Positions 56,880 through 64,000 of a stretch of 64,000 bases of DNA are shown in pieces. Position numbers and translations under genes: made by a program. The notes under the pieces were generated by a model. The model worked only from the letters and a program-made list of their open reading frames with translations. It had not been told where the DNA came from and ran no database searches. The number at the start of each line of letters is the position of its first letter. The stretch's first letter is position 1. The DNA comes from Thermodesulfobacteriota bacterium (GTDB taxonomy: Bacteria > Desulfobacterota > Desulfobacteria > Desulfobacterales > C00003060), in contig JAXHVD010000005.1 of NCBI GenBank assembly GCA_034189385.1, forward strand, positions 32,001 through 96,000. The letters run 5' to 3'.

Positions 56880-57712
56880 GCAGTCAGTTCCCCTATTTTC
56901 TCATAAACCGCTCGAAACTGATCCTTCATCTCAGGCCTGACGTCTATCATCATGATGCCACGGGAATAGGCCTCAGCGATCTTTCGGTCATTTGGGATCT
57001 CCATCAAGATGGGGATTCCCTCTTTTTTAGCATATGCCACAACGCGATCGTCTCCTACGTCAGATCGGTTGATAACGATCCCGAGGGGGATTTCCAGAAT
57101 CCTTACAGCCCCCACGGCCAACTTGAGGTCATGTAGTCCAAAGGGAGTGGGTTCGGTCACCAAGAGGGCGAAGTCCGAGCCTTTGAGTGTGACAATGACG
57201 GGGCACGATGTCCCTGGTGGCGCATCGATAATGGTCGTCTTTTTCGGATCAATGTATTCCTTAACCTCTTCAATGAGAGGGGGAGACATGGCCTCGCCAA
57301 TCCGTAAACGGCCATGGATGAATTCAACGGAGCCGCAGTGGCCCTTTTCCAGGACCCCAAGTTCACGGGGCTTCTCTCCTATGGCCTCTCTCGGACAGAC
57401 CATCATGCACCCTTTACAGCTGTGACAAAGCTCCGGGAAAGTCAGCACCTTCTTGCCAATGACGGCAATGGCACTAAACTGACAGATCTCTCCGCACATT
57501 CCGCAGTAATCGCACTTTTCCAAATCAACTTCCGGCACCGGTGTCGTCACCGTCCCCGTATAGTCGATGTCAGGTTTGGTAAAGATGTGGGCGTTTGGTT
57601 CTTCCACATCACAGTCCAAGAGCTGAACCCCTCCATCCAATGAAAAAGCCAGGTTGGTAGCGATAGTCGTCTTCCCCGTGCCCCCTTTGCCGCTGGCAAT
57701 AGAAATAATCAT
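56876..57712 (-). CDS. MinD-superfamily P-loop ATPase with inserted 2x[4Fe-4S] ferredoxin
   Basis: SGKGGTGKTT, DCDVEEPN, CDYCGMC, CHSCKGC, DAPPGTSCP, TEPTPFG. Confidence 0.93.
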   Translation of the reverse strand: MIISIASGKGGTGKTTIATNLAFSLDGGVQLLDCDVEEPNAHIFTKPDIDYTGTVTTPVPEVDLEKCDYCGMCGEICQFSAIAVIGKKVLTFPELCHSCKGCMMVCPREAIGEKPRELGVLEKGHCGSVEFIHGRLRIGEAMSPPLIEEVKEYIDPKKTTIIDAPPGTSCPVIVTLKGSDFALLVTEPTPFGLHDLKLAVGAVRILEIPLGIVINRSDVGDDRVVAYAKKEGIPILMEIPNDRKIAEAYSRGIMMIDVRPEMKDQFRAVYEKIGELTA

Positions 57713-57797
57713 GCCTCTCAGATTCTCCTCAATCTATAATGATGGCCCGTTGCCGTCAGTGTATGGGTGTCGCCGGCATGGCCTGCCCCTCATTTGG

Positions 57798-58019
57798 CTA
57801 CCCTCGTGTCATGGCCGCCCCACACTTGGGGCATTTTTCTTCAAAGCAGGGCGTTCCCTGTCGGTGGGGAACCCTTTGGCCACAACTGGGGCAAACACAG
57901 TCTCCACCGGGACCTCTGCCAGAACCCGCACCCTGACCTGAGCCTCCGCCGCCTTGCCCCATGCGCCTTCCTGTGCCGGGGCCTTCGCCCCTCGGGCCAG
58001 TTCCGTCTCCTCGTGGCAT
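57798..58019 (-). CDS. Small Gly-rich protein with Cys cluster (DUF5320-like)
   Basis: RBS AGGAGG; MPRGDGTGP, CVCPSCG, CPKCG. Confidence 0.85.
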   Translation of the reverse strand: MPRGDGTGPRGEGPGTGRRMGQGGGGSGQGAGSGRGPGGDCVCPSCGQRVPHRQGTPCFEEKCPKCGAAMTRG

Positions 58020-58050
58020 TGTCATCTCCTCCTAATTTCAGTTCTAACCT

Positions 58051-58115
58051 TGATGGTTTCGAAAAAAGTCTTTTTCAAATCATTGAGTCCGCGGGGGCGG
58101 ATGAGAAAAGCACTT
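58051..58115 (+). repeat. Partial (left-end) copy of the inverted-repeat element family
   Basis: TGATGGTTTCGAAAAAAGTC then CATTGAGTCCGC...GGCGG, matching 60721 onward. Confidence 0.7.
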
Positions 58116-58539
58116 ACTCCTGGGCCCGTATTCGGTGGAGTTCTTCGCATCCACAGGAAGGGCATTTCTGGGGCCGGCCCGTGCCACGAGGTTCTTTCCA
58201 CTGACTTTTGCAGTGGTCGCAAAGGAAAAGCCGATTTTCTGCCGGGTCTACCCTTTTGTAATTTCCCCCTTCTACATTGATAGCCTTTCCGTAAATGAGT
58301 GCTCCTGCAATGGTTTTGCGCGCCTGTTCGACAATGCGCCCAAATGTGGCTCTTGATACCCCCATCTGCTTGCCTGCTTCTTCATGAGACAACCCCAGAA
58401 GATCAGCGAGCCTTAGCGCCTCAAGCTCATCCACGGTGAGTTGGACCTGTTCCAAGTCGATCATGGGAACTCCCCGCGGTTTGAAGTAGTTTATCTGCGG
58501 GTCAATATTTACAAGTCGGTCTTTTTGCGGACGTACCAT
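58114..58539 (-). CDS. DUF134-family DNA-binding protein with C-terminal zinc ribbon
   Basis: YFKPRG, ELEALRLAD, MGVSRATF, EGG, CDHC, CPSCG. Confidence 0.92.
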   Translation of the reverse strand: MVRPQKDRLVNIDPQINYFKPRGVPMIDLEQVQLTVDELEALRLADLLGLSHEEAGKQMGVSRATFGRIVEQARKTIAGALIYGKAINVEGGNYKRVDPAENRLFLCDHCKSQWKEPRGTGRPQKCPSCGCEELHRIRAQE

Positions 58540-58560
58540 GGCGCCACCGTTATGAGTGCG

Positions 58561-58580
58561 TTATGAGTATATGCTAAAAA
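58561..58580. promoter_or_regulatory. Candidate operator upstream of the DUF134 operon
   Basis: Imperfect palindrome TTATGAGTAT-ATGCTAAAAA (7 of 10 pairs), with a repeated half site TTATGAGT at 58550. Confidence 0.45.
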
Positions 58581-58947
58581 CTACAGTAAACATCCCCCTG
58601 AGCCTTGTCAAGAAATAAAATCATGACCCTGTCAAAGACTCATCAACCTAGCTGACTTGGTCCGTTAGTCGGTGTTCCTCGCTGGGAAAAGCGCGTTGCG
58701 TGGCCATGGGAAGGGCCCTCTTTCGGAAACCTGGCACCAATTTACAGGGGAGCCCCTGTTAAGAGGGGGGCAAGCCTTTACGGGCTGTTGCCCAAATCCC
58801 TTTTCGCTTGGGCTAAAGCGTTTTTTGACAAATGTGGGGCTCGCTCCAGGCGATGTCAAAACTCTCGGCCGCGGCGGATCAAGCAGTTGACATTGCTAGT
58901 CTTCCACTTCGCCAACAGTTGTTGGCAAAAAACGCCTTAATGCCCGC

Positions 58948-60696
58948 TCAAAGGAATTCTTGTTTGGGCAACAGCCCGTTTAGATAGTGCCCGAATTGCC
59001 GCAGGCTCAGAGGGGAAAAGGAATCTAATTCGCTGAACATCTCGAGTCCAGGTATGAAGCTTTTTACCACCGGTATGTCCAAATCGTCTCTGGTGAGATC
59101 CACGTAGACCGGGCTATAGCCATTGGAGACCAGAAGCCTTTCCAAGAGCTTTAGATCCTCGTTGACGTCGCCAGACGAATAGTCTGGAAGATCTTTGTAG
59201 TCCAGTTCCTTGGGGCCGTGGATCACCGACCCAGGGGCAAACCAGGAGGGGTGATAAGGCACCTCTGTAAGCGCCGAGACAGCGGCCCTCTTTCCATCCA
59301 GGTGAGCGGCAGATCCTTTAAGGATTTGTCCATCTGGGCCCTGTATGAAGGCCTTGTAACAGGGGATACCGAATTCTGAAGTGATGTCCAAAAACTGGAC
59401 GTGGATGCCTTCCTTTCTGCAGCCACCTAAGATCTTCTGCACTGGCAGCTCATTCCATGCCAGGGAAAAACACCTTTCCGGAACATAGGGCATGACCCTT
59501 TCTGCATCCCTCTCGATGACCTCCAGCAAGCTGTGCAGTCTAGCCTCCTCAGGCGTGTTTCCGGCAGCCAGACCGGTGGAGGGCAAACCGGTTGATAGGC
59601 TTATTTCATCCAGATTGGAGAACAAAAAGACCAACTGGGCTGGCACGTAGACCGGATGTTGGCCCTTTTCATCTACCCTCACGGCAGACACCCAGTATAG
59701 GGGCTGGTTTCTGTAAGGGACCTCAAGATGGATCTCGTTAGGGTTTAACACGTCAGGGTATTCTTCTCTCAAGTTCTCATAGGTGCCATGGATCAAGGGG
59801 TGGCCGTCTTTGTAGCGCAAGGCCCCTCTTTCATCAAAACTGGCAAAGGATGACACCCTTTCCGCCACCTCCATCCAGCAGGAGGCCCTCGCTTGATCCC
59901 TATCGAGTCCCTTGCCATAACTGGTCTGGGGCCCGGCCAATTCCCAATGGTTTCTCCCGACAGACACCGTCACCTTAAGATGCCATGGTATCTTTAGAGC
60001 AAAGGGGCTGAGACTGGCCTGGTTTTCTGTCTCTTCTCCCGCCTTTAAATCAATGGCCTTCAGCCTTTCCCTGGCCGTGCATGCGATCTCAGAAGGCGTT
60101 GGGACCGGCAGGCCCCCTTTTTGACAGCGCTGGTTCCCTTCTGGAGGCAATAGTCGTGAAATGGGCAAGGTGCTGTTGTACCATGCATCTATCGCTTGCT
60201 GATCAAAGGGGATAGGCCGTTCAAAGTCTCCTGCGGCCTTAAGCGGCCGGTGTCTCAGGAGGTTTTCGGAGAAAAGTTCAAGCCAATAGGCCCTGTTGTC
60301 CCGATCCGCTTTCAAGGACCAGTTGATATAAATAAGTGGCGTACATTCTGCCAGTCCTTTGATGTCTAAACCCTTAAATTCTGGTATCAAATCGTGCAAT
60401 CTGTCATTGAGGAGACAGGTCTCGTACATCAATGCTAGCAAACAAGGGTTCCCCTTTTTTCCTTTTTCTATCAATTGGCGAGTCAGGTTTGGCCCGAATT
60501 TTCCTGCCAGTCCCAGGAGGTGTTTGTGCATGAAGTCGTCGTAAGGATGATCCTGGATATATTCAAACCCGTGTTCCACATCCAGGTCATCGCTGGGCAG
60601 GCACGCAAAGGACCCTGTCCCAAATCGCGTCTCTAGATGCGCCATTTCGTATCTGATAGTACGATGACATGCTGCAAACTCACTGCTTTCATTCAT
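58948..60696 (-). CDS. YcaO-family protein
   Basis: SYGKG...ASCWMEVAER, STGLAAGNT...LLEVIERDA, LDIT, VDLT, PVVK...PGLE. Confidence 0.9.
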   Translation of the reverse strand: MNESSEFAACHRTIRYEMAHLETRFGTGSFACLPSDDLDVEHGFEYIQDHPYDDFMHKHLLGLAGKFGPNLTRQLIEKGKKGNPCLLALMYETCLLNDRLHDLIPEFKGLDIKGLAECTPLIYINWSLKADRDNRAYWLELFSENLLRHRPLKAAGDFERPIPFDQQAIDAWYNSTLPISRLLPPEGNQRCQKGGLPVPTPSEIACTARERLKAIDLKAGEETENQASLSPFALKIPWHLKVTVSVGRNHWELAGPQTSYGKGLDRDQARASCWMEVAERVSSFASFDERGALRYKDGHPLIHGTYENLREEYPDVLNPNEIHLEVPYRNQPLYWVSAVRVDEKGQHPVYVPAQLVFLFSNLDEISLSTGLPSTGLAAGNTPEEARLHSLLEVIERDAERVMPYVPERCFSLAWNELPVQKILGGCRKEGIHVQFLDITSEFGIPCYKAFIQGPDGQILKGSAAHLDGKRAAVSALTEVPYHPSWFAPGSVIHGPKELDYKDLPDYSSGDVNEDLKLLERLLVSNGYSPVYVDLTRDDLDIPVVKSFIPGLEMFSELDSFSPLSLRQFGHYLNGLLPKQEFL

Positions 60697-60720
60697 ACAA
60701 TCTCTTCTCTCTTTCAAGAA

Positions 60721-60942
60721 TGATAGAGTCGCAAAAAGTCTTTCGCGAACGACATTGAGCCCGCCGTGGCGGAGGAGGAAAACATTTGAGATGTTCCGGG
60801 TTAAGAAATGCTAACTGTTTGATCCGCCGCCGCGGAGCGTTTTAGCATTTTAGCTGAACCTCTCAAGCGCCCCCATCTCTTTTCAAGCCCGCAGGCGCAA
60901 ATGGTCACGGAGTGAGAAAGTCGACTTTTTACGAATCCATCA
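60721..60942. mobile_element. 222-bp MITE-like element with 20-bp terminal inverted repeats
   Basis: TGATAGAGTCGCAAAAAGTC and GACTTTTTACGAATCCATCA (17 of 20 complementary); no ORF; partial copies at 1236 and 58051. Confidence 0.7.
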
Positions 60943-61204
60943 AGGATGAAACCAATAGGCGACGTTTTTGCTTATTGCCGATAGAGTAAAAGACCCTCCT
61001 TGTCAACAGTGAGATGGACTAGGGCCCCTTTGCCGTGCGCCGTTTTTTCGGTGTCCGGCGGGTGGACGGGCGTGACGCCTTCAGACTTACCCGAAGGACG
61101 GTAAAGACTGGTGCCTAGTCCAAGGCACTGATTGGCCGTTGACAGAAGGCTTGAGGCTCTGTTATCAAGTGTCCACCTTATTTTCAGACTGTGAGGACTG
61201 AATC

Positions 61205-61867
61205 ATGTTGGATTTTTCAAAGACTTTCGAGAAATACGAGGCCCTGGTTTCTGAGGTTGACAAGATCTTCAAGGCCGTGCAGGAGGCGGAAAAGGGTTGC
61301 GTGCGGTGTGAAATCCATTGCTGCGACTGCTGTTACGCCGTGTTTGATCTTACCCTCATTGAGGCCGTTTATGTGAACTATCATTTCAACAGGTCTCTTG
61401 CCAGGAAAGAGAGACGCCCCATCATGAGGCGGGCGGAAAAGGCTGATCGCAAGTATTATCAGATTAAACAAAAACTTCAGAAGATGTACATAGACAAGGG
61501 AAAGCCTCCCGAGGAGGTCTTCCAGCAGTTGTCCCAAGAGCGGGTACCCTGTCCCTTTCTCAATGATGAGAAGATGTGTGACCTCTATGCCCGCAGACCC
61601 ATTACGTGTAGAGTCTACGGGATCCCGACTTCCATTGGGGGCATGGCCCACATCTGCGGAAAATCTGGCTTCAAAAAGGGCATTGCCTATCCTACGGTAA
61701 ACCTGGACAAGATGAATGACCGCCTCTTTGAGCTTTCCGAGGAGCTGCTCAAAGAGATTGGCTCGATCCGTTCAAGGCTTCATATGGGCCTTGTGCCCCT
61801 TTCAGCGGCCTTGATGACCGATTATGACGAGAAATACCTCTTGGCCAAGGACGTTGAACAAGCATAG
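61205..61867 (+). CDS. YkgJ-family (CxxCxxCC-type) cysteine-cluster protein
   Basis: CEIHCCDCC, CPFL, CDLYARRPITCRVYG. Confidence 0.9.
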   Translation: MLDFSKTFEKYEALVSEVDKIFKAVQEAEKGCVRCEIHCCDCCYAVFDLTLIEAVYVNYHFNRSLARKERRPIMRRAEKADRKYYQIKQKLQKMYIDKGKPPEEVFQQLSQERVPCPFLNDEKMCDLYARRPITCRVYGIPTSIGGMAHICGKSGFKKGIAYPTVNLDKMNDRLFELSEELLKEIGSIRSRLHMGLVPLSAALMTDYDEKYLLAKDVEQA

Positions 61868-61960
61868 GCTGCCGAAATGGATGTTCGGGGGTGCCCTAGG
61901 TGCTGAAGTAGTGCTTGAAGTAGTGCTTTTGATAGTCCTCAATGAAGGAGACATTGATAG

Positions 61961-62308
61961 ATGAGAAAACTATCGCCTGAAGAGGCAGAGAGAAAGAAAT
62001 TCATTTTTGACAGCATGTCCCCCAGGCGGCAGAAGCACATTCTTAAGAGAGAAGGCTATGACGAGTGGGACCCCTTTATTGAGCCAAAAGAGCCGATCGA
62101 TATACGGACCGACAAATCAAAACGGACGGCCATTCAACTGGCCAGGGAGTTTTTGGCCAGCTGGAGTCACGAGGACTACAGCAACGCCTTCGGGCAAGGG
62201 GCCTGGGAAATCTGCCTTGGGTTGATGAATGATGATGATCGCTTTAAAGGGATGTATGAGTTTTCCTGCTGGTATCGCGACCACCTGAAGAAGGAAGGGC
62301 TGGAGTGA
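61961..62308 (+). CDS. Hypothetical protein
   Basis: RBS AAGGAG, 115-aa ORF co-oriented with its neighbours. Confidence 0.75.
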   Translation: MRKLSPEEAERKKFIFDSMSPRRQKHILKREGYDEWDPFIEPKEPIDIRTDKSKRTAIQLAREFLASWSHEDYSNAFGQGAWEICLGLMNDDDRFKGMYEFSCWYRDHLKKEGLE

Positions 62309-62366
62309 GAAGGCAGCAACCTTCAAGGCATTCCAGATTCAAGAAAGGCCTTTCTGGTTCAGTCTT

Positions 62367-64000
62367 ATGTCTGTCAATTTCCTCTTCGTTCACGTCAACT
62401 TGTTAGCCCCCATTGAGTCTCCGGACACCATCCCCATATCTGAGGCTACTATTCTGGCCCACCTGAAGGATCACGGGTTCTCTGGTCAGATCTTGGGAGA
62501 TTTCCTAAATCGTCCCCTGAAACCTCACCTTTTGGGCAGGGCCATCCACACCCACGAGCCCCTTGCCGTGGGCTTTACCGCATATCAGGAGAATATAGAA
62601 CAGATAAGACTTTGGGCCAGATTTGCCAAGAAGATGTCGCCACATATCAAAATTATCCTTGGAGGACCCCAGGTCACCTTCATGCCTGCTCAGGCCCTAG
62701 GGCATATGCCGGAGGTGGATTTTCTTTGCAGGGGCGAAGGCGAGGAGGTGATGTTGGGCCTCGCCCGGGCCCTGAGCCGAGGGACAGACCCTGCTGGGGT
62801 GCCTGGGTTGTGCTTTTTTCAGGAAGGGAAGGTGGTGGAGACTGGCCCGGCCCACGGTGCCAAGGACTTGGATACCTATGCCTCCCCTTATCTCACGGAC
62901 CTCGTCGACCTGGCGCAAAAGGAACGGGTCGTGATGCTCACATCAAGGGGGTGCTCCTACAATTGCGCCTTTTGTTATACCCCGAAAGCCTGCGGCAAGA
63001 AAGTGAGATTCTACTCCATAGAGCGGATTATTGATGAGATGCAATATGTCAAATCCAAAGGGGTCAGGGCCTTTTGGTTTGCCGACCCCAATTTTTCTTT
63101 TTCCCGCAAGCGCTTGGAGGCACTGTTGGAGGCCATTATCACAAAGGTGCCAGGCATTACTTTCTGGTGTCAGACAAGGTACGACCTTGTTGACCGTGAG
63201 CTCTTGTCGCTGCTCAAGCGCGCCGGTGCTGATAATTTGGCATACGGATTGGAGTCGGCAAACCCCGGAGTCCTTGAGCGCATTAACAAAGGCATTGACC
63301 TTGAGCGTCTGTCAGAGGTCGTCCGCTTGACCCAAGAGGCCGGCATCCAGGTGGAGCTCTTTAGCATGTTTGGTCTTCCAGGGGAGACCTTTGACCAGGC
63401 ATTGAACACGCTGTCTTTTGTGAAAGAAAACGGGGTGGCCATAGACGGCAACTCTATATCCCAGCAAGCCCATCTCTTCTTTGGGACGCCCATGAATGAC
63501 AGCCCCGAGGCCTTTGGACTGCGCCCCTTCCCATGGGCACGCCCTGCCTACCTGAGCGTGTGCAGGGATTATGAGACCGACACCATGTCGGCAGACGAGA
63601 TTAAACAGATCAGTTTGATCTGGCGACTGAATCGTAGCGACTTTGCGGAAGACGTGCAAAGCGGAAGAAACCTGTTTCACAGGGCATCCTTTGTTACCCA
63701 AAATCAGAAGGCCTTGGCTCAGCGGCCTGAAGCTGCTTGCTTGCTTGCTCGGATATATCTCGGCCTTGAAGAATATAGAGCAGCCTTGGATTGCATGGAG
63801 AGATTGAACAAGGCTTTTCCTCAGGATCGTGCAACAGAATCGCTCCTGCAAGGGCCTTTCTTGTGCTTCAAGGTGACTCATGAGAGATCACGCCCCGGGT
63901 GTAAGGTCATCTACGACTGTCATGGTTCTATTGGTGGCAAGCCCGTGCCTGAAACGTGCGCAAGGTTTCAGGAGGCCATTCTTGGTGAAGGGGCACTTCT
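62367..64000 (+). CDS. Cobalamin-binding radical SAM protein, truncated by the window end
   Basis: Absent from the ORF track because no stop is reached. Manual translation from ATG 62367 gives IILGGPQVT, RGEGE, SRGCSYNCAFC, YGLES, FGLPGET, then a helical region. Confidence 0.88.
   Translation, partial: MSVNFLFVHVNLLAPIESPDTIPISEATILAHLKDHGFSGQILGDFLNRPLKPHLLGRAIHTHEPLAVGFTAYQENIEQIRLWARFAKKMSPHIKIILGGPQVTFMPAQALGHMPEVDFLCRGEGEEVMLGLARALSRGTDPAGVPGLCFFQEGKVVETGPAHGAKDLDTYASPYLTDLVDLAQKERVVMLTSRGCSYNCAFCYTPKACGKKVRFYSIERIIDEMQYVKSKGVRAFWFADPNFSFSRKRLEALLEAIITKVPGITFWCQTRYDLVDRELLSLLKRAGADNLAYGLESANPGVLERINKGIDLERLSEVVRLTQEAGIQVELFSMFGLPGETFDQALNTLSFVKENGVAIDGNSISQQAHLFFGTPMNDSPEAFGLRPFPWARPAYLSVCRDYETDTMSADEIKQISLIWRLNRSDFAEDVQSGRNLFHRASFVTQNQKALAQRPEAACLLARIYLGLEEYRAALDCMERLNKAFPQDRATESLLQGPFLCFKVTHERSRPGCKVIYDCHGSIGGKPVPETCARFQEAILGEGAL

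Noticed and set aside
58650..58940. Structured intergenic region with GGGAAG motifs, considered as a cobalamin riboswitch
   Set aside because: The conserved B12-box and core elements were not found in the right order.
28168..60696. Idea that the B12 radical SAM, carbamoyltransferase or YcaO mature the double-glycine peptides
   Set aside because: They lie 14-45 kb away in separate transcription units, with no shared promoter motif or visible leader-binding domain.
61904..61927. 12-bp tandem duplication TGAAGTAGTGCT x2
   Set aside because: Only two adjacent units with no spacer; not a CRISPR and no supportable function.

Overview
A gene-dense window that looks deltaproteobacterial (inferred from gene content; Desulfobacterota-like anaerobe). 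No rRNA, tRNA, CRISPR array or transposase was seen. The main finding (about 1.4-20 kb) is a sigma-54 regulon built around a peptide-export system. Two short genes (1918-2172 and 14137-14364, both minus strand) encode collinear 26-aa double-glycine leaders fused to unrelated low-complexity aromatic cores, one Tyr/Pro/Gly/Cys-rich and one Trp/Ser/Gly-rich. They flank an operon for an outer-membrane factor, an FHA membrane protein, an HlyD adaptor, a parvulin PPIase, a cNMP-domain C39 peptidase ABC transporter and a sigma-54 activator. Four sigma-54 promoters share the same paired 19-bp upstream sites, which also ties in a Ser/Thr kinase, caspase-like protease and CsgG-like lipoprotein operon. 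Next is a Thr-rich secreted protein followed by a MacAB-TolC-like exporter and a GT2 / B12 radical SAM / carbamoyltransferase / GT-C block. Other notable items: a reciprocally domain-swapped acyl-CoA synthetase and lipoate-ligase-fold gene pair, an 11-heme lipoprotein cytochrome with an in-frame TGA and SECIS-like hairpin (probable selenoprotein), a Fur-FeoA fusion with feoAB, a frameshifted Fur-family relic, an Orange-protein-like cluster, a YcaO protein, and small non-autonomous repeat elements. All family calls come from motif recognition by eye, not database searches.
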